From an uncultured Candidatus Binatia bacterium (GTDB taxonomy: Bacteria > Desulfobacterota > Binatia > Bin18), in NCBI GenBank assembly GCA_958296235.1, contig OY282457.1, positions 2,597,338 through 2,661,337 on the forward strand: DNA of 64,000 bases. Direction: 5' to 3'. Positions 19,052 through 28,559 of the stretch are shown here, piece by piece. The stretch's first letter is position 1. Every line of letters starts with the position of its first letter. The translations under genes were made by a program, and so were the position numbers. The notes beneath the pieces were generated by a model. The model had not been told where the DNA came from, did no database searches, and saw nothing but the letters and a program-made list of their open reading frames with translations.

Positions 19052-19108
19052 AAGGAGTAAACGTGTCCAGCTTTTTTCTATCTCATTGGAAGACACGTTT
19101 ACTCTTTC
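19052..19108. repeat. Hairpin repeat element (copy B), abutting the folD start codon
   Basis: aaggagtaaacgtgtcc...ggaagacacgtttactctttc; 13-bp perfect arms gagtaaacgtgtc/gacacgtttactc. Confidence 0.8.
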
Positions 19109-19185
19109 GTCAAGATACGCGAAGCACTTCTCCAATGTAAAGCAAAGACCGGCCTGTCCTGAGCCTGGTCGAAGGGAGCGCTCGT

Positions 19186-20313
19186 ATGGTGATTGGTATT
19201 CCCAAGGAAATCAAAGCTGAGGAGACCCGCGTGGCCATCACGCCCAGCGGCGTCGCCGCCCTGGTGGCGCACAGTCACCGCGTTGTGGTTGAAACCCAGG
19301 CTGGTGCCGGGAGCAGTATTCCAGATGAGCAGTATGCCGCGGCCGGGGCGCATATGCAGGGCTCCGCCCAAGAGGTCTGGGCGCAGGCCGACCTCATTCT
19401 CAAGGTCAAAGAGCCCCTGGCCGCCGAGTACCCGTTGCTGCGTCCCGGCCTCGTCCTGTTTACCTATCTGCATCTCGCCGCAGCAGAACAACTCACCCGA
19501 GTACTACTGGACCGGCAGGTAACAGCGCTCGGCTATGAAACCATTCAGTTGGACGATGGCTCATTGCCGCTGCTCGCGCCCATGAGCGAGGTAGCCGGGC
19601 GGCTGGCGCTTCAAGTCGGAGCCTGGAGTCTCCAGGCCCATAATGGTGGCCGGGGCGTATTGCTGAGCGGCGCGTCCGGGGTAAAGCCCGGTCATGTGGT
19701 CATTCTCGGAGCCGGCATAGCCGGAGCAAATGCCTGTCAGGTCGCCGTCGGCATGGGGGCCTATGTGAGCATCCTGGACGTCAATCCGGCGCGGTTGCGC
19801 TACGTTCACGATATTCTTGGGGGCCATGTCACCACCGTCATGTCCAACCGGGCCAACATCGAAGAGGAGGTGACGGCTGCCGATCTGGTCATCAGCTCGG
19901 TCCTGGTTCCGGGCGCACGCACGCCCAAGTTGCTGACGCAGGACCTGTTCCGGCATATGCGCGCCGGGGCGGCGTTTGTTGATATCTCCATCGATCAGGG
20001 CGGCAGCGCCGAAACCTCACGTCCGACCGTCCACCACGACCCGATTTACCGCGAGGAAGAAGTAGTGCATTACTGCGTCACCAATATGCCGGCCATCGTG
20101 CCCCACACCTCGACCTATGCCCTGACCAATGTCACCCTGTCCTACGCCCTTGAGCTGGCCGACAAAGGTGTGGCCGCTGCCCTACGCGAGAACCCCGCCC
20201 TGCAACGCGGGCTGAACACCATGAACGGGCAGGTTGTCCACCCCGGCGTGGCTGCCGCCTTCGACCTGCCCCGCGCCGACACAACCGCGAAACCGTCCGC
20301 CAAGGCTGAATAA
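19186..20313 (+). CDS. ald: Alanine dehydrogenase
   Basis: 375 aa; MVIGIPKEIKAEETRVAITP N-terminus; VVILGAGIAG NAD-binding motif. Confidence 0.95.
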   Translation: MVIGIPKEIKAEETRVAITPSGVAALVAHSHRVVVETQAGAGSSIPDEQYAAAGAHMQGSAQEVWAQADLILKVKEPLAAEYPLLRPGLVLFTYLHLAAAEQLTRVLLDRQVTALGYETIQLDDGSLPLLAPMSEVAGRLALQVGAWSLQAHNGGRGVLLSGASGVKPGHVVILGAGIAGANACQVAVGMGAYVSILDVNPARLRYVHDILGGHVTTVMSNRANIEEEVTAADLVISSVLVPGARTPKLLTQDLFRHMRAGAAFVDISIDQGGSAETSRPTVHHDPIYREEEVVHYCVTNMPAIVPHTSTYALTNVTLSYALELADKGVAAALRENPALQRGLNTMNGQVVHPGVAAAFDLPRADTTAKPSAKAE

Positions 20314-20412
20314 TCGTGCAGAACTCTCCACGGATGACTCAGCCCGGTTCCAATTTGACAAACCTGGAGAGATAAACTTAAACGGATTGCAGAAACACGA
20401 GGAGAACCGAGC

Positions 20413-20715
20413 ATGAGCGAATTTGAAGCCGCTGCCATTGCCTACCAACAGGCCAGCCTCGCGGCTCAGCAAGCCGGGCTGGAGATCAGCCGGGCGGGGG
20501 TGACTGCGGCTTATGTGCAAGCCGCCGCCGCCGTGGCGGTGGGTATTTTACAGGCTGGAATTTTGGCCTGGGGTATCCGGGCCATGACCAAAGAAAGCGC
20601 CAAGCGGGAGCAGCACCACGCCGACCGGCACGACGAAACCATGCGGCACCTGGACACCCAGCATGAAGCCACCCTACTCGCCTTGCGAGAACTCATCTCC
20701 CGGACTGCTAAATGA
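20413..20715 (+). CDS. Small hypothetical membrane protein (one hydrophobic helix plus a charged His-rich tail)
   Basis: 100-aa ORF with AAAAVAVGILQAGILAWGI followed by REQHHADRHDETMRHLDTQHEA. No family recognised. Confidence 0.4.
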   Translation: MSEFEAAAIAYQQASLAAQQAGLEISRAGVTAAYVQAAAAVAVGILQAGILAWGIRAMTKESAKREQHHADRHDETMRHLDTQHEATLLALRELISRTAK

Positions 20716-20748
20716 CTCTCGCAGTCACCCCAGCATAGAGGGAGGGGC

Positions 20749-21960
20749 TTACGATCCTATTAGTTCTGCGAGAATGTGGTCGAGTTCGCCAGGCGCTCCG
20801 AGGAAAGCAAGGAAGCCCTTGTCCCAAATGGCGCACGTGCGATCCTTGGCCAAGGTCCAGCCGCTCCCGTACTTATCGCCCCCATAGGAGTCGTAGTTCA
20901 CGCGCATATGAAGTGCATGGAGCATCTCTATGGTCTTATGGTCTGACCCAATCTTAAAGGCCGTGTCTTCAAGAAAGCTATTGGGCCAATAGTCAACGAA
21001 GATAAGCGGTGGCTTTGGGTTTTTGCGGCGCGCCTCACGCAGCCGGGCATTGAGGTGCAGGTCGCTGAGGCCATAGCCGAGCACGTAAATGATATCGGCT
21101 ACCATCGCATCGCGGGTTATGCTTGCGTAGTAATGCGAAAATGGCTGATGCTGCAAATGGGAGAGCTTGTCGAGGCCAGTAATCACCGAGGTGCGCCGAG
21201 TTTCGCTCCCGTCCATGCGGCGCTCTCCTGACCCGCTGTAAGATGCGTAACGCAAAGCCTCAGCTCGGCCATCAAACCAATGAAGGGTGCCCAAGTCTGC
21301 ATCTCGTGTCTGTGGGAGACCGAAGCCGAGACGCACCGAACCGTGCAGGTGGAAGACGCAGTCGGCATCAGTCTTCTGCCAGAATTCTTGACCGTCAAAG
21401 CCTTTGGCGTCAGGACGCAGGGCAGAATCAAAGCCGGTGTACAGGTCGGGCGCAGCTTGCAGCAGAAAATCGTCGTAGTTGGTGGTATAGATGCGGGTGA
21501 TATGGTGCTCCCGTAGCTTGGCAAGGAACGTGGTAAGCGGATCAAGACTTGGTGTCGGCTGCTCACAGGCCACAGACACCTCGGCGACGATGAACTTCGC
21601 CATACCCTCGACCAGTGCTCGTAACGCTTGCTGTTCTACCGCGATCCGACATGTGATAAGCGGCACGAGAAGCGGTCGATACTCGTTCACAGCTCCGGGG
21701 ATAGGCTCGAAGGTGAACAGGAGCTCATGGGCACAGTGATAAATGTGCTCGAAGTTGACTGCGTGCTCACCGTCTTCGAGGTAGCCCGCGAGGGCCTGGC
21801 TAATCTGCAAGTAGGCGTCGTCGCCACCGCATTTCTGCATCCACTCGTCGGCACGCACCCTCGTCTCGATAGCTTTTGTCAGCTCGGCAGTGCCAGGTGC
21901 CCCGAATTCAAGTGAGGCACCCGCCCCTGCTAAAATCAGCGCACGCTTCTTCCGTTCCAT
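20749..21960 (-). CDS. SIR2-like (SIR2_2 family) protein, stand-alone
   Basis: 403 aa; LILAGAGASLEFG, YTTNYDDF and FHLHGS motifs characteristic of defence-type SIR2 domains; uncharacterised C-terminal ~150 aa. Confidence 0.75.
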   Translation of the reverse strand: MERKKRALILAGAGASLEFGAPGTAELTKAIETRVRADEWMQKCGGDDAYLQISQALAGYLEDGEHAVNFEHIYHCAHELLFTFEPIPGAVNEYRPLLVPLITCRIAVEQQALRALVEGMAKFIVAEVSVACEQPTPSLDPLTTFLAKLREHHITRIYTTNYDDFLLQAAPDLYTGFDSALRPDAKGFDGQEFWQKTDADCVFHLHGSVRLGFGLPQTRDADLGTLHWFDGRAEALRYASYSGSGERRMDGSETRRTSVITGLDKLSHLQHQPFSHYYASITRDAMVADIIYVLGYGLSDLHLNARLREARRKNPKPPLIFVDYWPNSFLEDTAFKIGSDHKTIEMLHALHMRVNYDSYGGDKYGSGWTLAKDRTCAIWDKGFLAFLGAPGELDHILAELIGS

Positions 21961-22175
21961 CCCTACATCACTTTCCGGTTCCCTTCGCTTAGCCGAGAGT
22001 CTTTATATCATAATGCTGGAATTGAGTCATGCTCTGAGGTTGCTGCCAGCTTTCCGCTCAAGGAGTTAGGACCACACATTGCCAATTGGAGCGAGTTTTG
22101 GACGGAGCGCAATGAGCCGCAGAGCAGATTGAGAGGCGAGTTGGAGCGTATCCGAACAGCCTGCTCGTCTCACCT

Positions 22176-24965
22176 TTACCGCTTCCGTCTTCGACGTTTT
22201 CTCTTGATCGCGGCTGCGAGCGGAGCCCTCATCTTCTCATACAACCCAAACAGATGTTCCACCCGCTCCCGCTCGGAGGCAAAGCCGCCGGGGCGGTACA
22301 GCCGGTCTACTGTGCGGTTGAGGGCTTGGTGGGCCTTGCGTAGATTGGGCGGCATCAGGTCGGGGTCGTACAGGTCGGCCAGGGTTGCGCCGGGATGGGC
22401 CGTGCGGGCGTCAAGGACGGCCTGTGCCAGCGCTTCCAGTTTTGTCAGCTTCGTGCCTTCGGGCGGGAGAGGAAAGGTGTTGTAGACCAGGCCGATAGAA
22501 TAGCGATAACGGCTTTCCAGCCGTCCGCCGACGTGGCGTAACCAAGCCATGTGCATGGCGGAGGTCAGTAGAGCAAAATCCGAGAGAGTGGCGTTCTCAA
22601 TAACCCGAACCAGATTGCTCGGAATCACTGGCGGCTCCAACCAACCTATCGGTACATATTCCCGCCGTTCAGAACTCACTTCCGGGACAACCAGAAACGG
22701 CGCGGTCGGGATGACATTCACATGATAGAGGGTTGGCGTTGCAGCCAGCGCTTGCGTAGGTTTGCTCTTGCTGGCTTGGCGGTAGGCGCGAACCGCAGCG
22801 ATGCGTTCCTTGATATGTGGCAGCCTCGCCAGTGCTGTCGGTGGCGCGTCATGCAGGGCAAAAATCCAGCGTGTTCCGCCTTGCAGATATTCACGCGCCC
22901 CGATAAAGGGCCGCAGGAAGACTGCGGCGTCCGGCTCAGCGTCCAGGAAGGCCGCGCGTTCCTCGGGATCGAAAATATAATGGCCGCCGTCAATGGGCTT
23001 TGAACCGATAATCAGCTTTTCCATCCCGTTAATCGGGCGGTTTTGTTTGCGCACGGTCAGATGCGGGTCGGCCAAGCCGTCGGCGTCGAACAGGTAGGGC
23101 GACAGCGCGGTATGGCGGGTTTCCTCCGGGTCGCCGTTGAGGTCGGGGTAAGAAAAGAGGCGCTTCTCCGTCCGGGCGTTGTCCCGCCGGTCCAGCCCGA
23201 GAATGACGACATGGACATGCGCCTTGCCGCGTGCATCCGAACCCCAGGCAAAGGTACGGTGGGCAAAGGCAATCTCCAGCCGGTAGCGGTTGAACAGAAG
23301 AGGCCAGAGTTGTCCGACCTGCTCACCCTGCGTGGTCGAATTGGTCGCCACAAAGCCAATCCGAGTCTGCCCGGTGGCATACGCGCCCGCCTTGAGGAAC
23401 CAGGCCGTCACGTAATCCAGGGTCCCACCGCTCCCGCCCAGACCGGCGATGCTGCGCACCTGCGCTCGCTGTGTCCGGTTCTGAAGCTTCGCGCCGACAA
23501 ACGGCGGATTGCCGAGCACGTAACGGCACTGCTCCGGCAGAAGAACATCCGTCCAATCGGTTTCCAGGGCATCGCCGTGTACGATATGGGGCGAGACGGT
23601 GAGCGGAATACGTGCGTAGGTCTGGCCGAATTCCAGGCTGAGCCGGTTGTTCATGATGTGGTCCATAATCCACAGCGCGGTCTCGGCAATGCGGGTGGGG
23701 AACGCACCGATCTCAATGCCGTAGAACTGGTCCACATTCACCACCGACAGAGTGGTCACGTCCAGCTCGCCCGTCCTGGCGTCATCCCGATAGGCCCGTA
23801 GCTCCTGTAGGACCTCCATCTCCAGGGTGCGTAACTCCCGGTAGGCAATAATCAGAAAATTGCCACAGCCACAGGCCGGGTCCAGAAAGGTCAGTTGCCC
23901 GAGCCGCTGCTGAAACCGTTGAAGCTCCACCCGCCGCCGGCTGTCCTTGCGGGCCTTCAGGCACATGAACTCCGCCTTGAGGTCGTCCAGGAACAAAGGC
24001 TCAATCACCTTCAGGATGTTCTGCTCGGTGGTGTAATGCGCGCCTTGAGAACGGCGTTCGGCAGGTTGCATGACCGACTGGAACAGCGCGCCAAAAATTG
24101 CCGGAGAGATGGCGGTCCAGTCAAATCGGCAGGCGTCAAGCAGGGCCTGACGCATGGGGGCGGTGAAGGACGGAATGCGGGCCGGCTCCCGGAACAGCGC
24201 GCCATTCACATACGGAAATCGGGCTAAATCTTCGTCCAGCGTGGCCGGGCGGTTGGCCTCGGGCGTGTCCAACACCTGAAAAAGCTGAGCCAGCCACGGC
24301 CCCAAGTCAGCACCGTCCTCACCTGTGCGGATTTCCAGGAAATCAAGAAAGCTGTCGCGCGGCTCGAAGATGCCGGTATCGTCCGCAAACAGGCAGAACA
24401 CGGTACGCACCAGAAACAATTCCAGGTCGTGGCCGGCATAGCCGGACTGTTCAAGCGCGTCGTGCAGGTCGCCCATGAGTTCGGAGGCTTGGATATTGAC
24501 CGGGTCCTGATCCTTGAAGGCGCGCTTTTGTACGCCCAGGATGAAGCCGAACTTCTCGACGTGTTGGGCGAGGTCGGCCAGGGCAAAGGAGGCGCGCTCG
24601 CGTTCGTCCAGGTCGTGCAACTCGAAGGTCTGGAAGTCGCTGACCAGGATGTAGCGCGGGCGGTCGCGTTCGGGCAGGGCGTCAAAATAGTGGCCAGCCT
24701 GCCCGAACGCCTGGGTCAGGTCACGCCCGGCGCTCTTGTGTTCAACCAGCAGCACGCCCGGCCAGAACAGGTCGATGAAGCCAGAACGATTGTCCAGCTT
24801 CTTAATATGCTCTTCGTAGCGCGCCACCGAACGGCGCTGTACGCCGAAGACCTCGAAGAAGTCATTATAGAAGCTCTGCGTCTCGCCTTTCTCATAGGCC
24901 GCATCGGCCCACTTCCGGGCAAACCCCGCGGCGCGGGCGCGTACTTCGTTCCAGGAGAGGCGCAT
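22176..24965 (-). CDS. MmeI-like type IIL/IIG restriction-modification enzyme (fused nuclease plus N6-adenine methyltransferase plus specificity domain)
   Basis: 929 aa. The N-terminus MRLSWNEVRARAAGFARKWADA...FFEVFGV...IDLFWPGVLLVEHKS parallels my recollection of the MmeI nuclease domain. SAM motif DPACGCGNFL and catalytic NPPFVG are present. Confidence 0.9.
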   Translation of the reverse strand: MRLSWNEVRARAAGFARKWADAAYEKGETQSFYNDFFEVFGVQRRSVARYEEHIKKLDNRSGFIDLFWPGVLLVEHKSAGRDLTQAFGQAGHYFDALPERDRPRYILVSDFQTFELHDLDERERASFALADLAQHVEKFGFILGVQKRAFKDQDPVNIQASELMGDLHDALEQSGYAGHDLELFLVRTVFCLFADDTGIFEPRDSFLDFLEIRTGEDGADLGPWLAQLFQVLDTPEANRPATLDEDLARFPYVNGALFREPARIPSFTAPMRQALLDACRFDWTAISPAIFGALFQSVMQPAERRSQGAHYTTEQNILKVIEPLFLDDLKAEFMCLKARKDSRRRVELQRFQQRLGQLTFLDPACGCGNFLIIAYRELRTLEMEVLQELRAYRDDARTGELDVTTLSVVNVDQFYGIEIGAFPTRIAETALWIMDHIMNNRLSLEFGQTYARIPLTVSPHIVHGDALETDWTDVLLPEQCRYVLGNPPFVGAKLQNRTQRAQVRSIAGLGGSGGTLDYVTAWFLKAGAYATGQTRIGFVATNSTTQGEQVGQLWPLLFNRYRLEIAFAHRTFAWGSDARGKAHVHVVILGLDRRDNARTEKRLFSYPDLNGDPEETRHTALSPYLFDADGLADPHLTVRKQNRPINGMEKLIIGSKPIDGGHYIFDPEERAAFLDAEPDAAVFLRPFIGAREYLQGGTRWIFALHDAPPTALARLPHIKERIAAVRAYRQASKSKPTQALAATPTLYHVNVIPTAPFLVVPEVSSERREYVPIGWLEPPVIPSNLVRVIENATLSDFALLTSAMHMAWLRHVGGRLESRYRYSIGLVYNTFPLPPEGTKLTKLEALAQAVLDARTAHPGATLADLYDPDLMPPNLRKAHQALNRTVDRLYRPGGFASERERVEHLFGLYEKMRAPLAAAIKRKRRRRKR

Positions 24966-25199
24966 CAGGTTGTTGCGTCCCTGGCTGCCCGTAATGTTGC
25001 ATTCGCTTCAGACATCGGAATCATCTGCATCTCACGATGCTTCGCCCACTTTGCGGCGAGCGTTTCCCGCCCGTCTCTTGGGGTCGAGCTTTAAGGACGC
25101 ATCGACGCGGTAGAAATCAGCGGTTTCGGCGCAAGCCGGTTGCATCGCATAGTCCCCCTCTCCGCCAATCCCATGATTTTTTGTGGAGTCCCGCAACGC

Positions 25200-26081
25200 T
25201 CACACCCCTTGCGCCCGGTCCACAATCGGCGCTACGCGGTCGAGCCATTCGTGCACTTTTCCGTCGGCAATCTCGGTGCCCATCTGTTGGTTGAACACTA
25301 CGACTCCGGCCACGCCGGCCTCCTGATAGCGCTTCAGCGTATCAACGGACAGGTTGCCGTTGTCAGGATCGATAATAGGGGTCACCGGCACGCGGTCGGG
25401 GTCACGGCCCGCCTCTGTGACGAGCGTTCGGAGTTCCTCGATCTCAGCCCCCAACGCCTGTGGACTCCACGCCAGCGGAAACCAGCCGTCGTAGGAACGC
25501 GCGACCCGTTCCAGGGCTTTGGGACCATGCGCGCCAAGCAACACCGGCGGACCGTTTGGCTGCGCCGGCTTGGGCTCGCAGCGGACCGCCGGGAATTGCA
25601 CCAGCTCTCCGTCATAACTGGCCTCTTGCTGCGTCCACAGCAGCCGCATGGCCTCGACGGTCTCGCGCAGGCGTCTCCAGCGTAGCCGAAAGGAGGTCCC
25701 CATGAGCTCGGTTTCTTCGCGCAGCCAGCCGCCGCCAATGCCCAGGATCACCCGGCCGTTGGCATACAAATCAAGGCTGGCAATCACCTTGGCCGTCAGG
25801 AGCGGATCACGCTCGGGCAGCAGACAGATCCCGGTGCCGAGTTTGATGCGATTCGTCACCCCGGCCGCTACAGTCAGCGCAATAAACGGATCGGCCCAGC
25901 GGTTGTAGTGCTCTGGCAGCACGCCATCGGCCGCTCCAGGAAACGGCGTGGTATGCCCAACCGGGATGACCGGGTGTTCAGGAATCCATAGAGAAGCAAA
26001 CCCCAGCGCCTCTGCCCTGCGGGCCACTGCGCTCAGGTCTCCGCTCTCCGCCGTCGCTGTTACCAGTACGCCAACGTCCAT
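25200..26081 (-). CDS. LLM-class (luciferase-like) F420/flavin-dependent oxidoreductase
   Basis: Start at MDVGVLV (26081) with GAGGGG upstream. SLWIPEHP and ILGIGGGW motifs. Confidence 0.8.
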   Translation of the reverse strand: MDVGVLVTATAESGDLSAVARRAEALGFASLWIPEHPVIPVGHTTPFPGAADGVLPEHYNRWADPFIALTVAAGVTNRIKLGTGICLLPERDPLLTAKVIASLDLYANGRVILGIGGGWLREETELMGTSFRLRWRRLRETVEAMRLLWTQQEASYDGELVQFPAVRCEPKPAQPNGPPVLLGAHGPKALERVARSYDGWFPLAWSPQALGAEIEELRTLVTEAGRDPDRVPVTPIIDPDNGNLSVDTLKRYQEAGVAGVVVFNQQMGTEIADGKVHEWLDRVAPIVDRAQGV

Positions 26082-26264
26082 AATCCCCTCCTTCAATAAT
26101 ATGCGCCTCAAAACACCATATTCCCTACCCCCGGACAAGCCTTTCCTTGACAGGGTTCTCAAGCTCCAGATAGCTTGACCGGCTATGCAGCGACACGGCC
26201 CCTTCGCCCTTTTTGTATGCCCTTTCCTGTGTAGCGTTTCCTCTGTAGTGAGGAGCGCGCCCCA

Positions 26265-27554
26265 TTGAGCAGCTCCCCGTCCACACCCTCAGCAGCGACA
26301 ATCGAAAAGACCGACAAGACCCTTTTTGGTTGTTCCCTGCCCTATGCCTTCCGGGCGCTCGGTCATCGAAACTTTCGCCTCTTTTTTGTCGGTCAGTTTG
26401 TCTCCCGGACCGGATTCTGGATGCAGAACATGGCCCAGGCCTGGCTGATCTATCGGCTGACCGAGTCCTCCCTGATGCTTGGGCTGGTCGCCTTTGCCGG
26501 TCAGGTGCCGACCCTCCTTTTTGGGCTGCTGGCCGGGGTTGTGGCCGACCGCTTCAATCGTTACCGGGTCATTCTGATTGCCCTCTGGCTCGCCATGTTG
26601 CAGGCCTTCGTGTTGGGTATTCTCACTATGAGTGAGTGGATTACCGCCTGGCAGGTCTTTGTCCTGGCCCTGGTTGCCGGCACGATTCAGGCCTTTGAGA
26701 TGCCCGCCCGCCAGAGTTTTCTGATGGAGATCGTCGGCAAAGACGACTTGGCGAGCGCGATTGCTCTCAACTCGACTCTGGTCAACGCGGCCCGGATTCT
26801 CGGTCCGGCCCTGGCCGGGCTGCTGGTGGCCCAATTTGGCGAAGGCGTGTGCTTCACCTTGAATGGCTGTACCTTCCTGGCCATTATCGTGGGCTTTCTC
26901 GCCATGCGGCTCCCCCCGCGAGTTGTTGAGCCGCACCCCGCGCGGTCAACCTCCACCTTTATTGGGGAAGGTATCCGCTATGCCCTGCATACCCCGGCGA
27001 TCCGGCTGTTGCTGATCCTGGTCAGCCTGCTCAGCCTGCTCAGCACCCCGTACACCGTTCTGATGCCGGTCTTTGCCGGCGATATCTTACATAGCGGGCC
27101 AAACGGCATGGGTCTGCTGATGGGCGCGGCCGGCGCAGGAGCCGTGGTGGGTGCCCTGCTGATGGCCCGTCACCAGGGCACGGAACAGCTCGGCCGGGTC
27201 ATGGCCTTTGCCTTTATTCGGTTTGGTCTTGGCCTCATCCTGTTCTCACTGTCCCACAACTTCTGGCTGTCCATGCTCGTCCTGCCGCTTGTCGGCTCCG
27301 GCTTCATGGTGCCTCTGGCCGCCACCAACACTTTGCTCCAGACCTTAGCGCCGGACCATCTGCGCGGGCGGATCATGAGCCTGTTCTTCATCATGCTTAT
27401 GGGGGCCACGCCTCTCGCCAGTCTGCTGGCGGGTTTTCTGGCTCCTCTTATTGGCGCTCCGCTGACGGTCGGCGGGACGGGCGTTCTCTGTCTGCTCGTG
27501 TCGGCCTATGTTTTCCTGAAGCTGCATGTGCTGCGGGCCGCGCAGCATTCCTAG
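26265..27554 (+). CDS. MFS transporter (EntS/MFS_3-like)
   Basis: 429 aa, about 12 hydrophobic helices, FRNFRLFFVGQFVSRTG N-terminal motif; TTG start per the ORF track. Confidence 0.85.
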   Translation: MSSSPSTPSAATIEKTDKTLFGCSLPYAFRALGHRNFRLFFVGQFVSRTGFWMQNMAQAWLIYRLTESSLMLGLVAFAGQVPTLLFGLLAGVVADRFNRYRVILIALWLAMLQAFVLGILTMSEWITAWQVFVLALVAGTIQAFEMPARQSFLMEIVGKDDLASAIALNSTLVNAARILGPALAGLLVAQFGEGVCFTLNGCTFLAIIVGFLAMRLPPRVVEPHPARSTSTFIGEGIRYALHTPAIRLLLILVSLLSLLSTPYTVLMPVFAGDILHSGPNGMGLLMGAAGAGAVVGALLMARHQGTEQLGRVMAFAFIRFGLGLILFSLSHNFWLSMLVLPLVGSGFMVPLAATNTLLQTLAPDHLRGRIMSLFFIMLMGATPLASLLAGFLAPLIGAPLTVGGTGVLCLLVSAYVFLKLHVLRAAQHS

Positions 27555-27578
27555 ACCCAGGGCCGGCCCTGGGTCGCC

Positions 27579-28559
27579 TCAGCCGGTCGCATCGGCCTTT
27601 TCCTGCCGCAAGACAGGACCGGCTTCCCGTGTCGCCGCCGACCGGGACGCCCTGCTGCTATTCACGATATAAATGCCGACACACACGCCGGCCACGCCAA
27701 GGAGCTGGACCACCCCCATGTGTTCACTCAGCAAGAGCCAGCCGAAGAGTACGGCGAACACCGGGGTGAGAAACGTCAACGAGGCAACGCGTGTGGGCGA
27801 ATGGCGCTGAATCAACCAGGCGTAGGCCACAAACCCGAAGGCCGCGGAAATCACACTCAGATAGGCAATGGAGACGAGCACGCGGGGCGAGAGGAGAAAC
27901 GGTTGATCCGCCTCAAACATCCAGGAGCATACGGTCAGGATGGGCCAGGCGATCCAGGTTTGCCAGCACACCAGCGCAACCGGATGAATCCGGCCGGCGA
28001 CGCGCTTGGTGATAATGCCGGAGACGCCAATCGTCAGGGCTGAACTCAGGACAATGGCGTCGCCCATAATCGCCTCAGTCAGGCCACCGCCGAGCTGAGC
28101 CGAGAAGAGGACGACGATGCCGCTGAAGGCCAGACCCAGGCCGTATACCTTGCGGGCCGTCAGGCGGTCCCCAGGCAGAAAAAAGGGCGCCAGCAGGGCG
28201 ATAAAAACAGGCTGGGCGCTAAAGAATACGGCCGAGCGGCCGGAGGTCGTGAGCGCTGTGCCCAGATAGACCGCCATATTGCCGTAGCAGAACAACAGTC
28301 CAAGCAGACCCAATATCTTGAGTTCGTTCCAGCCAAAGCGGAGTTGCACCCGCTGATACCAGGCCAGGGCCAGGAGCACGAGGGCCGTCACCCCGAACCG
28401 AAGGGCCGCGGCCCCAAGGGGTGGCATATCGAAGAGCCCGACCTTGATCGCCACAAACGATCCGCCCCAGATCGCGCTCAGCAGCGCCGTCAGCGCGAGC
28501 GCGGACAGCTCCAGCGGCCGGTCGTCCGTGTGCGCGCTCGGTCCGGCGGAAGCGCTCAC
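27579..28559 (-). CDS. EamA/DMT family transporter
   Basis: 326 aa, 10 predicted helices in two EamA-like halves. Confidence 0.85.
   Translation of the reverse strand: MSASAGPSAHTDDRPLELSALALTALLSAIWGGSFVAIKVGLFDMPPLGAAALRFGVTALVLLALAWYQRVQLRFGWNELKILGLLGLLFCYGNMAVYLGTALTTSGRSAVFFSAQPVFIALLAPFFLPGDRLTARKVYGLGLAFSGIVVLFSAQLGGGLTEAIMGDAIVLSSALTIGVSGIITKRVAGRIHPVALVCWQTWIAWPILTVCSWMFEADQPFLLSPRVLVSIAYLSVISAAFGFVAYAWLIQRHSPTRVASLTFLTPVFAVLFGWLLLSEHMGVVQLLGVAGVCVGIYIVNSSRASRSAATREAGPVLRQEKADATG

Noticed and set aside
19047-19185. Glycine riboswitch in the folD/gcv leader (also checked at 16326-16573)
   Set aside because: I could not find the conserved GGAGAG...CACCG/ACCGAAGGGGCAA-type cores on either strand. 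The regions are occupied by hairpin and REP repeats instead.
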